A stretch of DNA of 62,366 nucleotides, counting the filler. It is 6 parts of 6 records of this genome, joined end to end, with 100 filler letters (N's around TTAATTAATTAA, not from the genome) between each part and the next. Parts side by side here need not be neighbours in the genome. Positions count along the whole stretch, not along the records: positions 1 to 18,424 come from SRR20825019_625; 5 more parts are not named here. One strand, written 5' to 3'. The notes beneath the pieces are model-generated. The model worked only from the letters and a program-made list of their open reading frames with translations, was not told where the DNA came from and made no database searches. Positions 1-11,900 of the stretch are shown here, in pieces (the first letter of the stretch is position 1; each line of letters begins with the position of its first letter). The position numbers were made by a program, and so were the translations under genes.

Positions 1-105
1 AGCAGAGCATGTCCATGCATGGTGTTGGGAATTTGGCAAGTTCTGATAGACGTGTGACAACATCAGGGTGTTACACTCGGTTCGGCGGTCGGTATTGTTG
101 GACAT
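1..105 (-). CDS. possible 5' end of a next kinetoplastid gene, running off the window edge
   Basis: ATG at 105 directly preceded by AG on the minus strand; 35 open codons (MSNNTDRRTECNTLMLSHVYQNLPNSQHHAWTCSA) to position 1; same strand as the cluster; no recognisable motif. Confidence 0.25.
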   Translation of the reverse strand, partial: MSNNTDRRTECNTLMLSHVYQNLPNSQHHAWTCSA

Positions 106-424
106 CTGATTGCTTAAAATGTGTATTGAAAAGCTGCTAGTGTGGGAAAGTCTACTATTTAAAACGGTGGTGGGGACAAAAAAGGAATAATAAAGAACAA
201 GGGTCATCGGCACATACAAATATTTCGAATCACAAAACACCACAGCCTACCATCTTGCTACGCAAGGCTACTAGGTTCGTTTCGCGAAACAAAATCAGTA
301 AAAGGGAATATTGTTAAAGTGTGTAAGAGAATGTGTGAGTTCTAAAACGACACGACTATTTTCTAAAAGTTGTCGTGTCCCTTTCACACACTGGCAGCTT
401 TTTCTACTGCTACTCCTATTCCTC

Positions 425-3400
425 CTATGCCTTGTACTCGACGATCATCGTAGCCACATCACCCCCATCATCACCACCACCAGACAGAGCAATCACCCCT
501 CGTGCCTTGAGCTGCGTGAGGCGGTTCTTGAGAAGAGGTGCTGCCACTTCGAACTTATTAGCCACAGCGGGGGAGTTATGCACCTGTGCGAGGAGGTCAT
601 TGAAGGAAAGCTTTCCGACGTTTTTGAGGACTTGCACGACAGCAACATCAATAATGTAGGGGCGTTGCAACGCCACGGACTTAGCCACACGGGAGCTAGA
701 GTCACGATGAGGGCTGGCATTGGAGCCGGCGATACCGCCACTTGTAGTAGATGCGATGACGTGCTTTGCAAGATGGGGGTACACCTTAATGAAGGCAGGA
801 GTTATCATCATCTTGAACGTGGAGGCCTGACTGTTGATATTCATGGTAGTGCCGGCAGCAGCAGTAGTGGTGTGCAAGGCGCACCGAATACGCTGGTTTG
901 GTGCATCGAGCTCTATCATCGTACTGGCCATCTCCACGTCAGCCTCAGACAAGAATACAGGCACGAAGGTAGACACCTCATTAAATAGGGTGGTCTTTGT
1001 AGTTTTTTCTTCCGATTCGGCGTCCTTCTGATCAGCTTCTTCCACATTATCCATGAAGTCTCCTAAGGCACTCACCAACCTCATGGTAATCTGGGTATGC
1101 AGAGCCGAGGGTGGTGGGGATGTGATCGCACCCCCTGCACTTTTCTTTACAGGGGATAGTGCAGAAGTTGAGGATGATGAGGTGGGTAGCAGACAACGGG
1201 AGGTAGCAGGATGAGTAGCGTTGTGGAGTAGCTCCGCATTGAGATACTTCAAACACGCAGTCCACTTCAAGTCGCAGATTTGTTCCACAGATAGCAACTC
1301 AGTGGGGGTAGTAGTAGCGGTGGTGGCAGACTGTTGTTGCTTCTCAAGGGCAGATGAGGTGGCCCGAGCCAGCATGTGTTGGCGTACGACTGCATGGGAG
1401 CCAGACAATGGCTGTGAAGATGCAGCAGAGGCATATGCAGAAGTTCCAAGGTTTGATACCACCAATTGGGGGACATTGCGGCTGGTAATTATTTGCTGCT
1501 GAGAGGCGCCAGGGGATGAAATGGGGTCCAATATGGCCGCTGAGGGGTTGAAAGTGAAGCCTTGGATCATACCACCAAGGAGTGGGTATAATGTAGTGTT
1601 GTTCACACCGAGGGGCGTCTGGGCAAAGACGGGAGTGAGAATACCAACCTCAGGGGCAGCAAGGGACACAAGGGCGCACTGGACGTTTGCAAGGACGGCT
1701 TGTTGCTCGCGAGTGAGGGTCTTGGAACGGGCAAGGGCACGACGGGACTCCACCTTTGCTAGGGTAGCGCCTGAGGAGCTCACGGTAATACCAACAGACG
1801 AAGCAATTGGAAGCGCCAATGTCGAAGACGATGTCGACTCAGCAGCTGGAGCCTCCATTTCACAAACAGTCCGGACAATTTCATCCACTGAAACATTTTT
1901 GTTATTGTTGTTGTTTGTGGATGATTTCTTATTGTCAATGTCGGAGTTGAAGCAAGCTGTTAAGATGAGACCCTGAAGGAGGGACATGTGAAGGTCCAGA
2001 GGAGCATTGGTGGTGTTAGCCTTGAATCCCACAACACATTCAGAAAGTGTGGGTACCCAGCGAAGTGCACAGGATTTCCTGTGAGTGGAGAAGAAGGTTG
2101 TGAAGGCCTCTAATTCCTTGGAAATGGCAGGGGGAAGTGCCGAGGGGTTTGGCTTGAAGGTGTCGGCAAACGGCCAGAAGCTCTGAGACAACACAAAGAA
2201 CACGCCAGCAGCAGCACCTGCAGGTGAGATCGTGGCAGAGGATGGTGAAGAAGTGCCGACAGCAGCAGCAGCAGCATCGCCGTCATCTTGCTGCTCACTT
2301 GTCAAGGAGGTTTGCTTGTTCTTGTTCCACTCGAGGTATGCATCATTGATCTTACCAAACCCATCAGTGAGGTCCTTGAGCATGCCCTCGAGCTTGGAGG
2401 TGAGTGATGTACCACAGACAAGCCGTAGCTGACGGATAGCATGTCGCTCGAGGGAAACAAAGCTTGACACATCCACTCCTGTTGAGGGGGATGAAGGTGT
2501 CGATGTGGTCGTGATGGTGGCAGCAGCATTCTCACTCATACGCAGGACACACTCCTGGACAAACCCAAGAGCACGCTTGGAGAAGTCACGTACATACAGT
2601 GCCTCGAAGACGTCCTTGGAGGGGAGGTAATCGAAGAGGGTAAGTGCCCTGTCGATATCCTTCTTCGCACATGTAACAGCACCATGGCTACTCTTTATGA
2701 GAGAGGCCTGTACACGATCTCTGACCTCTAATCCACTGACATCAATCAGAGAGTTCATGAACTGGTTCTGAGAAGACGACTCGAGATGGGTCGTGGTTGT
2801 AGTGGCGGACGTGGTAGTAGTAGTAGCAGTGGAGAGGGCAACCAGGTGGGTAGCGACAGAGGTGCGGAGGGTGCGCATAAGGGTGTCGATATGCTGTGCA
2901 AGTAGCTCAGGGACAACCTCACCACGGAGCTCCAAGGGGCGCTGGCATTGGAGGTAGGTATGGAAGCGCTCTAGCTTGGTAGCAAACTGAGAGACCTCAG
3001 TGGAGGATGTCGATGTAGATGCGGATGATGATGATGATTTGGAAAGGGTAGTGTTGGGGCCAACGAGGCCAAATGCAGTCTCCAGCGTGGATGTATTCTC
3101 ACCACCAGAAGAGGCCTTATCCTTATCGTCCTCATCGTCGCTACTATCATCGTCGTCACACGGGGCAAACTTATTGAAACCACGCTCAAATCCAACACGA
3201 ATGGCACGAGTGAATTCTGCGGCATAGAATCCCGCAGTAACCTGCTGGTGGGGAGTGTGATGGGAGTTAGTGGCGTGGTGGTGGTGTCCTCCCTTTCCAC
3301 CAGCCTTCACAGCAGCACGGCTTGCAGCAGCCTTCGCAGTCTCGGAGAAGACTGCAGTAGAGAATCCAGTGACCACGTCGGCAAGGGTACTGATGGATGG

Positions 3401-6400
3401 TGTTGTAGTACCATCGGTGATAGGGGTGGATTCTGCCTGGTGGTGAGGAGGGGGAGAAGTAGCGGCCTCACCAAGGAAGCATCGTCGTACAATGGAATCA
3501 CACGCTTGACGGAGAGCAACGAGGTTCGTAATCAGGTGCTCTGGGATAAGTGTGGGTAGCTCGATGAGAGGGCTAGGGTGAATACCACCCCCACAGCCCC
3601 ACCCACGCTCTCCTTGAACCAGACCTCCGAAATCAACAGCGTTATTGGACGACGATGCAACCCCCATCCGTGAAAGCCAAGAGGCGAACAGCTTCTCTGA
3701 TGTGCATGGCTCATCGTCAGCAGCGGATTCTGCAGATTCAGAAGTTGGCAGCACAGAGACGAATGTGCGAAGATGGCGCCGGAAAGCAATGGATGCAATG
3801 ACGCTTGCGAAGCGTGATTGGGAGATAACTGCCTCAGACTTCTGTGCAGTGGCGGTTGTAGTGGCACCGGCAGTTGTAGGAGTGGCGGTAGGGAATTGGC
3901 GCTCAACGGCATCCTTGGCAATCTGCAGCAGTGACTGCTGACGGACGAGTCGGGTGTAGGACTTCAAGTACGCGACCTTCTTCAGAGTTACTGACTTGAG
4001 GATCGAGGTGGTAGTAAAGATAGGGGTATTGGCGGCCTTTAGCTGTGAAGAGAGGTACTCGGACTCAATCACGTCGATATTCTCAAGAAGGGTAGTAGTA
4101 GTGGTGCTTAGGGAGCCAGCTACAACAAGGGAGGTGCCCAGCACGGTAGCAAAGTCCTTCATGATGGATAGCTGTACTGCGACGGCCTCGGAGCTGTTCG
4201 AGGAGGGTAGTCCGCTTCCACCACCTCCTGCCTCATCGCCGAGGAGGGATGCTGCCTGCATGTACCAGCCCGAGATAGTCTCGATGAAGGAGTGGAAAGT
4301 CTCCTTCGCAACATCCTTCTGGCGAACGTACCGCATGCACAACAAATGGAAACCCAAAGCAACGGCATCCAGGCCAGTGGGGACACGAGAGGAAGTCGAC
4401 GAGGAGACGGAGGAGATGCCCTGCTGGTGGGTCTCGAGAGCAATGCCCTCAACAACCAGATCACGGAAATCACGCTGGAATAGAATTCCTACGAAGGGCT
4501 TGATGGCGTGCTGCTGTACAAGCTCCTCGACCATCTCAGATGAGCCCGATACTGACGAGCAAGAGTTATTTAGGAAAACTACAGCACGACGACGCTCACG
4601 ATACACAAGGTGATGCGCACAGTGGAAGAAGACAGCCGCACTAATAGTGTGAGAGTCCATACTATCAGTAGTAGTAGCGGTAGTGGTGCTGGAGCAACGG
4701 GTGCGAATGGCTTCGACGATAGTGGCAGGGGTATGAGGTGCGGCGACAGCAGCAGAACCACTAGTACTAGAAGCAACGATAGTGGCGGCGGTAGTAGCAG
4801 GTCCGGATGATGAGGATGAAGTGTTGTTGGCGGAGGTGTTATTCGTGATTGCAACAGCAGGGGTCAGAGCATCGGGGGCCATGAGCTGGCTCAGCATCTC
4901 CAACACAGTCGCACCACCACCAACAACCACAGGAATGTTGGGCCCAGTAGTGGTGGGGGAAACGCGACTAGAAGAGTTGGCAGAGTTGTTGTTCGATGCA
5001 AGGGAGCGATGAGTTACGTTGTTGGTGTTGCTATTGCTGTGGTTAAATGTACGAGAGGGGATTCCGGCGATCGAGAGGAGTGCTTCCGCAGGGGAGGCCT
5101 CGCTGACAAGCCAGGCACTGTATGTGTCGTACATTTGTGTCAGTGAGGACACAACCCGAGGGTGGAGGGAGGAGACATAGTAGTTAACACTGGTGGTGAG
5201 ATCCCGGTAGGAGAGAAGCTCAGAGACAAGAGTGCGAAGGGTGGAGAAGTGAGGGGCAGCAGAGGTGCCGAATCCACCATTATTGGGGCTACGGATGCCG
5301 CCACGGGTGCGGTATCCCAACACGCGTTTCTGATCGTTAGCGAAGCACCAGGCGCCGATTTGAAGTGCGACGGACTTGGTCTCCATGGACGCTGAGGTGG
5401 TAGGGTGTGTACCTGCGCTACCACTACCGCCCATAACTAGGGAAGTCGCCATGGTCTGATCGGCCACCAGAAGGCAAGCAAATGCAGAATTGGCGGACTC
5501 GAAGACAGTTGACTTCGCATGGGCAGAGTTGAGCTCCTGCTCGAGGAGCTTCACGCCTAGCTGCATGATGCTTCCCTCGGAGGTCTCGAGGAGGACGTAG
5601 CGACGACCCAAATACATGAATACATCACTGACTATCGTCAACACGGAGGCCCAACGATCCCAAAGCTTCACTGCGGCACGAAGTAGGGCAATCTCAGGGG
5701 AGGCTGCGACGAGGATCTCGGCAGCTGAGGAGGGAGCATCGTTAGATTGCTGCTGGGTGGCGATGGTTGCCTCGGAGGTCGCAGCGGTGGTGGACGATAC
5801 GTTAAGTTCCTTATTAACACGCTTCACCTCCGACGCAATGAACATCTCCAAGGGGGAGGTGGATGATGAGGAGGACTGCTTCTTACCAACAACAACAGTA
5901 TCAGAAACAGTGTTGCGGTCGACGATGTCACAGAGCTCTTTTCCTGCCGCAGCACAGAGAAGTTGGACAGTCTCCTGAAGGGATTGGGCGGATGCGTCGT
6001 AGTTATTGTTGATGGTCAATTTAGCCTGGGTGCCGAGGCGGGCAACAGCAGCGGCGGCATGAAGGCGAAGCTTGGCGACGACATGGGTGTAAAGCACGGG
6101 AGCATATCCAGAGTCAGTGAGAGCACGGACGTATGTGCATACCTGCTCACATCCAGCCATTGTGGCAGACAGGGAGGAGGGGTCAACGGCCACAGTGGCT
6201 GGGGAGTCCCCAAGTGGCATGTACGCCTCCAGTACCGTGTTAAGAAAAGTGGAGGCTGCTGCCCAAGGAACAGTGGTCTCCACCACCTTGAAGAGCTCTT
6301 GCTGAGAGGGGGCACTACCTGCAGCGTTTACGGCATCGTGTAGTCGGGCAGCAACATCATCAGCATCCTCATTTAATCCAGTAACGGCTGATGATGCAGT

Positions 6401-6646
6401 AGCAGCAGCAGTGGATGAAGATGCTGAGGAAGCGTTATGTTGGCTACGAGGGCGCTTTCCTCCAGCAGTGCTGGTAGCAGTGGGGTTTGTAGTAGTGGTA
6501 GCAACGGGTTTGGTGGAGCCCTCGGTAACAGGTTCTAGCAGCGTTTTACGGGGACGAAGGCGGATGGTGTACTGGCTGGTAGCAGCTGGGGCAGCAGCAC
6601 TACCACCACTTACACTGTGGGCAGTATCACTGGGGGAAGAAGACAT
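425..6646 (-). CDS. cullin-family protein, greatly expanded by low-complexity insertions (2073 aa)
   Basis: Cullin motifs: SDVFMYLGRRYV, FDYLPSKDVFEALYVRDFSKRAL, LRLVCGTSLTSKLEGMLKDL, VLSQSFWP, LRWVPTLSECVV; C-terminal neddylation winged-helix IIDVAVVQVLK...LKNRLTQLKARGVI; intronless. Confidence 0.85.
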   Translation of the reverse strand: MSSSPSDTAHSVSGGSAAAPAATSQYTIRLRPRKTLLEPVTEGSTKPVATTTTNPTATSTAGGKRPRSQHNASSASSSTAAATASSAVTGLNEDADDVAARLHDAVNAAGSAPSQQELFKVVETTVPWAAASTFLNTVLEAYMPLGDSPATVAVDPSSLSATMAGCEQVCTYVRALTDSGYAPVLYTHVVAKLRLHAAAAVARLGTQAKLTINNNYDASAQSLQETVQLLCAAAGKELCDIVDRNTVSDTVVVGKKQSSSSSTSPLEMFIASEVKRVNKELNVSSTTAATSEATIATQQQSNDAPSSAAEILVAASPEIALLRAAVKLWDRWASVLTIVSDVFMYLGRRYVLLETSEGSIMQLGVKLLEQELNSAHAKSTVFESANSAFACLLVADQTMATSLVMGGSGSAGTHPTTSASMETKSVALQIGAWCFANDQKRVLGYRTRGGIRSPNNGGFGTSAAPHFSTLRTLVSELLSYRDLTTSVNYYVSSLHPRVVSSLTQMYDTYSAWLVSEASPAEALLSIAGIPSRTFNHSNSNTNNVTHRSLASNNNSANSSSRVSPTTTGPNIPVVVGGGATVLEMLSQLMAPDALTPAVAITNNTSANNTSSSSSGPATTAATIVASSTSGSAAVAAPHTPATIVEAIRTRCSSTTTATTTDSMDSHTISAAVFFHCAHHLVYRERRRAVVFLNNSCSSVSGSSEMVEELVQQHAIKPFVGILFQRDFRDLVVEGIALETHQQGISSVSSSTSSRVPTGLDAVALGFHLLCMRYVRQKDVAKETFHSFIETISGWYMQAASLLGDEAGGGGSGLPSSNSSEAVAVQLSIMKDFATVLGTSLVVAGSLSTTTTTLLENIDVIESEYLSSQLKAANTPIFTTTSILKSVTLKKVAYLKSYTRLVRQQSLLQIAKDAVERQFPTATPTTAGATTTATAQKSEAVISQSRFASVIASIAFRRHLRTFVSVLPTSESAESAADDEPCTSEKLFASWLSRMGVASSSNNAVDFGGLVQGERGWGCGGGIHPSPLIELPTLIPEHLITNLVALRQACDSIVRRCFLGEAATSPPPHHQAESTPITDGTTTPSISTLADVVTGFSTAVFSETAKAAASRAAVKAGGKGGHHHHATNSHHTPHQQVTAGFYAAEFTRAIRVGFERGFNKFAPCDDDDSSDDEDDKDKASSGGENTSTLETAFGLVGPNTTLSKSSSSSASTSTSSTEVSQFATKLERFHTYLQCQRPLELRGEVVPELLAQHIDTLMRTLRTSVATHLVALSTATTTTTSATTTTTHLESSSQNQFMNSLIDVSGLEVRDRVQASLIKSSHGAVTCAKKDIDRALTLFDYLPSKDVFEALYVRDFSKRALGFVQECVLRMSENAAATITTTSTPSSPSTGVDVSSFVSLERHAIRQLRLVCGTSLTSKLEGMLKDLTDGFGKINDAYLEWNKNKQTSLTSEQQDDGDAAAAAVGTSSPSSATISPAGAAAGVFFVLSQSFWPFADTFKPNPSALPPAISKELEAFTTFFSTHRKSCALRWVPTLSECVVGFKANTTNAPLDLHMSLLQGLILTACFNSDIDNKKSSTNNNNNKNVSVDEIVRTVCEMEAPAAESTSSSTLALPIASSVGITVSSSGATLAKVESRRALARSKTLTREQQAVLANVQCALVSLAAPEVGILTPVFAQTPLGVNNTTLYPLLGGMIQGFTFNPSAAILDPISSPGASQQQIITSRNVPQLVVSNLGTSAYASAASSQPLSGSHAVVRQHMLARATSSALEKQQQSATTATTTPTELLSVEQICDLKWTACLKYLNAELLHNATHPATSRCLLPTSSSSTSALSPVKKSAGGAITSPPPSALHTQITMRLVSALGDFMDNVEEADQKDAESEEKTTKTTLFNEVSTFVPVFLSEADVEMASTMIELDAPNQRIRCALHTTTAAAGTTMNINSQASTFKMMITPAFIKVYPHLAKHVIASTTSGGIAGSNASPHRDSSSRVAKSVALQRPYIIDVAVVQVLKNVGKLSFNDLLAQVHNSPAVANKFEVAAPLLKNRLTQLKARGVIALSGGGDDGGDVATMIVEYKA

Positions 6647-6959
6647 TTTAATATAATTTTTGCTATTGTTAACTTCCTCACTTATCAGTAATTTCTACTT
6701 TGTAAAATGTAAAATGGGGAGGGGTGGTACACATTTGACACAAATGATATTCATCCAACATTACAAAAATTATCAAAAAAGGGGTCAATAATTCAAGTTA
6801 GTCCATCAGCATCAATAAATATATATTCCTTCCGACCTATCTCTTTTGCACCCCTCTCTTTTAGGGAAAGGATGAGAGAGAAAGGGGGTACAAAGGAGAT
6901 GTGTGTGTCATCGATAATGTCGTCTCGCACAAATTATATGAAGTCCTTTTTTTTGGTTT

Positions 6960-8405
6960 CTAATCCCCTCGTACAGAGCGGATATACTCCTTCAGTAACG
7001 ACTCATAGTTCTCGAGAAGGACGTTTTGCTTTGTGACAATGCCTTGAATAACAGATGGGATGTCGTGCTTAATGTCGAAGATGGTGGAAGCAAGGAACAT
7101 GAGGATATGGAAATCTGCAATCTGTTGGCAGAAGGGAAGACGATTGCGCTTGGGGTCAGAGAGGAAGGTATGAACGTTGTTGAGGGTGGGAGGCTCCTCC
7201 TGAGGGCGGCCAAGGCGGATAAATGTGCTTCCGATAACGGGGGAGGAGAAGGCCTCGATTGCGACAAATCCTGTCATCCAGCGTGCATCGACCTTACTAG
7301 AAGGCTCCTTGATGATGACTCTTTTATGTCCCCCACCGCTTCCCCCCTTGGGGCCAGAGTCGTCCTCCTGTGCTACCTCTAGCTTATGAGTGGAGTACAC
7401 CATAGCCTCCTCTAGCCCCTCCTCCTCGGCATCCTCATCTTCAGCATCATTGTGCTCCGCGGCACCTCCATTCGAATGATGCCTACCTAGTGCGGGTGAA
7501 GACGATGATGAGGATGCTGCTCCCTCAGCCCGACCACTGGACCGACCACCCAAGGTCCTACCCCCCGTGTTCACAGGGTTAGCCTCAGCCTTCTCCATGA
7601 GAGCCTTCTTCTCTGATCCGCTGATGGGAGCAGATAACATTCCGAGCTGGAACAAATGCACACACTGCTTCGATGCCTGCCATGCCTGTGCGTTGATCTG
7701 ATTGGTCTCAAGATTAGGGGAGAGGGTGATGAGGCAGCAGTGATCGCCATAGATGGACTGCTCCCGTGCCAGCATCATGAGCTCCTTTGCAGATAATACC
7801 ATCTCGTCAGCATCACGTGCCTGGTGGGTACACACCAATCCCACCCGACGTAATCCAAGCAGCTCCGCAATACGGTCCGCATTGGCAATGTTGGTATCCT
7901 GACCATGAGGGACGGGGGTGAAGTAGTCTTCGTGGCCGATTTGCTCGGGTTCGAAAATTGTGTGGACTTCAATCGATGGGATGATGCCCCCGTTACTGGT
8001 GGCAGTCTCGGAGGTGTTCACCTTACCATAAAGAATACCATAACGCATCAAACGCCACTGAAGGCGCATCGCGAAACTTTGGAACAAGTTGATGGAGTCC
8101 CCATCAACCTTACAGATCTGAACACGGGCGGGCTCCCATTTGATGCGAGTGGCGTTGATGGCTTCGACAAATGCCTCCCCCTTGATGATGTGAGAAGTAC
8201 CCTCCTTAATCGCCATCCCTCCCACAAACTTATACTTATCGACATCATGCATCACGCCCGAGACACCACACACCTTGGAGGTATACACGCTAAGGCCACA
8301 TGTCTCACAGAGGCGGATGTGGGGCTTTTCGTCTTCGGGGACGGTCTTGTAGCGGGCAGCGGCCGCACGGCGTATCTCTGCCATCTTAGCAGCCATGTCA
8401 CTCAT
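6960..8405 (-). CDS. NPL4: NPL4-family (Cdc48/p97 cofactor) protein
   Basis: MPN-like core RYGILYG...VHTIFEPEQ...IAELLGLRRVGLVCTH...LSAKE...QAWQASKQCVHL and C-terminal IADFHILMFL; N-terminal Cys cluster. Confidence 0.8.
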   Translation of the reverse strand: MSDMAAKMAEIRRAAAARYKTVPEDEKPHIRLCETCGLSVYTSKVCGVSGVMHDVDKYKFVGGMAIKEGTSHIIKGEAFVEAINATRIKWEPARVQICKVDGDSINLFQSFAMRLQWRLMRYGILYGKVNTSETATSNGGIIPSIEVHTIFEPEQIGHEDYFTPVPHGQDTNIANADRIAELLGLRRVGLVCTHQARDADEMVLSAKELMMLAREQSIYGDHCCLITLSPNLETNQINAQAWQASKQCVHLFQLGMLSAPISGSEKKALMEKAEANPVNTGGRTLGGRSSGRAEGAASSSSSSPALGRHHSNGGAAEHNDAEDEDAEEEGLEEAMVYSTHKLEVAQEDDSGPKGGSGGGHKRVIIKEPSSKVDARWMTGFVAIEAFSSPVIGSTFIRLGRPQEEPPTLNNVHTFLSDPKRNRLPFCQQIADFHILMFLASTIFDIKHDIPSVIQGIVTKQNVLLENYESLLKEYIRSVRGD

Positions 8406-8975
8406 TATTGCTGCCTAATATCGTATTATTGGTTTTAGCTGACTATAAAATATAGAAAAATGAGAAGGGGGAAATAATATTAATTCAGCAACATTTGAGA
8501 GCATAAAACTACTCGCAAACTCAACAAAATACAACGTCGCCGCAAGCTGGGTCCCTCCAAACACACACTGTTAGTTGGAGGGGGCTGTGGGCTATGAAGT
8601 GTTCGTCATCAATTCCAATCAAGAATTTTTATAATAGTTAATGTGTCAGAAATTCTTTAAACGGTTAATGTTGGGGGTTTGTTAGTCGGGGGGTTGTGTG
8701 AGAGATTTTTCCTAGATTGTACGTGCTCTTCCCCTTTGTTGGTGGGGGTAGAAACACATTGGATTGGGGGGTCGTACACGTCCTACACTCTTCTACGTAA
8801 TTCACTTACAAATGGGGTGAGAAGGCCCAGATGATGTGAGGGTGGTTAGAAGCAGGAGTGTACGGTTGTTGTAGTAGTAGTAGTATAGTATGTAGTTGTA
8901 CACTGGGGTGGGTCTGTTTTGTTGTATTTTAGCTTCTGTGCGAAAATACTCCGTTTTCCATCTATCTTATTATCT

Positions 8976-11900
8976 TTACTCGGCGGCAGCAGATACTGGG
9001 GAAGCGAAGGCCTGTTCAAGCATGTTATTGACGGCCTGATCGCTGTGGCCGATGGACACGAGGGCGGTACCAACACGGGGCTTCTCTCCAACCAGGATGG
9101 CGGAGGAGATGGACTCGAGTGAGTCGGGAACACCACGAGTAACGGCAGTGTGAAGGAACTTCTTGGAGCTAGCGAAGGTCATCTGGAAGAGAGGAGAGGA
9201 TGATCGAGCAATGATACCAGTGAAGTTGTAGTTCTCCCAAACACCACGGTGGGTAGCGGCGTCAGCGATCAAGGACAGATGCCGGGAGTCGACAGCGTAA
9301 CGCTTGAAAAGCTTGCACAGCTCGCTGAAGAGGGTCGCGTATCCAACCTCAATTCCGAAAGACTCACACATATCATTGATGTCAGTTGACATGATGCGAT
9401 GGATCTTGATGGGGTGCTTGGGGTTGTGTGCGCCGACATCAGGGGAGAAGCTGGAGATGAGGGTGACAACGTTGCTAACAGTAGCACCGTGACCCTCGAA
9501 GACAAGCTCACCGGAACTAGCATCGGTGGTGGAGGGCTGCCACTTGGCACTTCCGCACTGGGGTAGAAGAGTGGGGAAGAAGACCTTCTCGAGGGCCTTG
9601 GAAAGGACGTCGGGGAGGACATTGATGACGCTCCCGGGCATATCAAAACCAAGTCGGACAACGAAGAGAGAGGTCTCATCGCTGGCTCCAGAAGCATCGT
9701 TGCCGATGTCGGTGAGCCAGTCGGCAATCTTCATGGGGGCGACAGTGCAGCGGAACTTTCCTCCAGCAAAGGTGGAGGTGAAGGGGTGGAAGGCGGCATG
9801 GGACATGACACGGGCCTTGGCGGCGGCAGCCTGGTTCTTGGCGATTGCGGTGGCGGCGGCTCCGAGGGCCTTGGCAATGGGGACAGCATCCTCATCATCA
9901 TCATCTGAGGCGGCGGCAGCCTTCTTCTTACCATCGTCGTCCTCAGAGTCGGAGTCGGTCATGTCACGGGGACGCTTGTTACCGCGCTTAGTGCCGTTGC
10001 TCTTGGTGGTGGTAGTGGCCTCGTCCTCAATGTCGGAGACGTCGTTTTCAGAGTCGGAGGAATCAGAGGGCTTCTTCTTTGAGCCGCTCTTCTGGTTGGC
10101 ACCGACGAGGTTAGCAGCCTCATCATCACTATCCTCGGCGTCGTTGTCGTCCTTATTTCCTGCGTATCCGAAGGCGTCGGTATCCTGCTCCTCGGCGGCG
10201 TTTCCAGCACCTCCCTCCTCGAGGTCGGCGGGGTCCTGAACGGGGCGACGGATGCTGGCACGGCCACCAGCGGGGTGTCCTCCCTCATCCCCATCGGCTG
10301 ATCGGTTGGAGCGGCCACGGAGCTGGTGGACAATGGTCTTGGCGAACTTACGGAGTGCGGCGACGAAGGACTCGATGTGCTCGCCGTCAGACATGTGCAT
10401 ACGGGCCTGGAGGCTCTTAAGAAGGCGGGAGGAGATGACGAGGTCAACGTCCATCATGGCGCCGCTAGGAGCACGGCGGACGGCGTACCTCATGCGGGAC
10501 TGGGCGGGGAGGGGTGCAAGAGCATCAGTGAGACGACATGGCACAGCAGCGGCCATGATCTCGTGGATGAGCTCGAAGTCCTTAGCACCAGCCTTCTCGA
10601 CGGGGACGAGGACGGCACCGTTTTGGACGGAGGCGTAGATGAGCAGCTCACGAAGACGGGGGATACCCTCAGTCACGTGAGTAACAGTAGAACCAGCAGA
10701 GTGGAAGGTGTTCAAGGTCATCTGAGTGGAGGGCTCACCGGCAGCCTGGGCAGCCAAGAGTCCGACAGGATCTCCGTGCTCAGCAGCACTGCGGAGGCGC
10801 CTGCGGTTGGTGATCTCCTCGAGAGCGAACTGGAGGTAGTCAACCCACTCGCGCTGCTTCTCGCTCATCTTCTCTGTGATGTCCATACCCTTCTGCTCCA
10901 TCTTGTAAAGCTTCTTCAAGCTCTCGATTCCGCGAATGTCTCCCTGGGCGGCGGCATTCATGAGGTATCTAGAGATGGAGTCCTTGTAGTGGGCAGGGAT
11001 TGGGTTCTGAGCAGCCTGGTCAGCGATGGCCTTGAGGAAGGGGTTTCCAGCAGTAGTAAGCTGAGAGGGGAGGCTATCATCGTCGTCCTGGGAACGCTTG
11101 TTTCCAGGGGTAGCGGCGGTGGCGGCGTCACGCTCGGCTTGCACCTCACGGGCCACCTCCTCAAGGATGCACTCAGAGCGGTACTTAATACCGATATCAC
11201 GGAGGTTAGTACGGGTGATCTCATGGGCTTGGAGCATAGCGGACTTCATAGGGTCCAGTCCATCTCCTCCATAAGTGAATTGCACAACACTACCATTGCA
11301 ATCCCGGACGGAGCTATCCCAGTGAACAACAAGGCTCTCAAGACCCTTGATCAAACAACGCTGAAGATGACCGGAGCGGGAGGTCTTGACGGCGGTATCA
11401 ATAAGCCCATCACGACCAGCCATGGCGTGGATTGTGTACTCCGGTGGGCGGATTCCGGAAGCGAAGCAACCCATAGCATAGCCGAAGGACCTAGCCCTGA
11501 CATCACCGGTGAAGAATCCGGGGAGGGTCTTACCAGAGTTCATGCGCTTAACACGACGGCCATCGAAGAGCTGCTGACCGAGCACCAATGCCATCTGAAT
11601 GGCGTTTGTGTTGGATCCCTTGGCACCGGATTGAGTCATGGCGACGAGTTGATTGACGGGGAAGGGCATGAGGAGCTTGGAAGGTACGAACTCTTGTTGG
11701 AGCTTAGTGGCACGGTCCATGATGAGCCCCATAGCGGCGGCTTCATCATTAGGATCTGCGAGTTCCACGGTAGCAATCTCATCTAGGGCGTCGAGCTGCC
11801 TAAGACGCTCATCCTGCTGGGTCAAAATCATATCGTCCATACCCATGGAGAAGCCCTCCTTTTGAAGGAAAGCGGTAAGGACGCGTCCAATGGCACCGAA

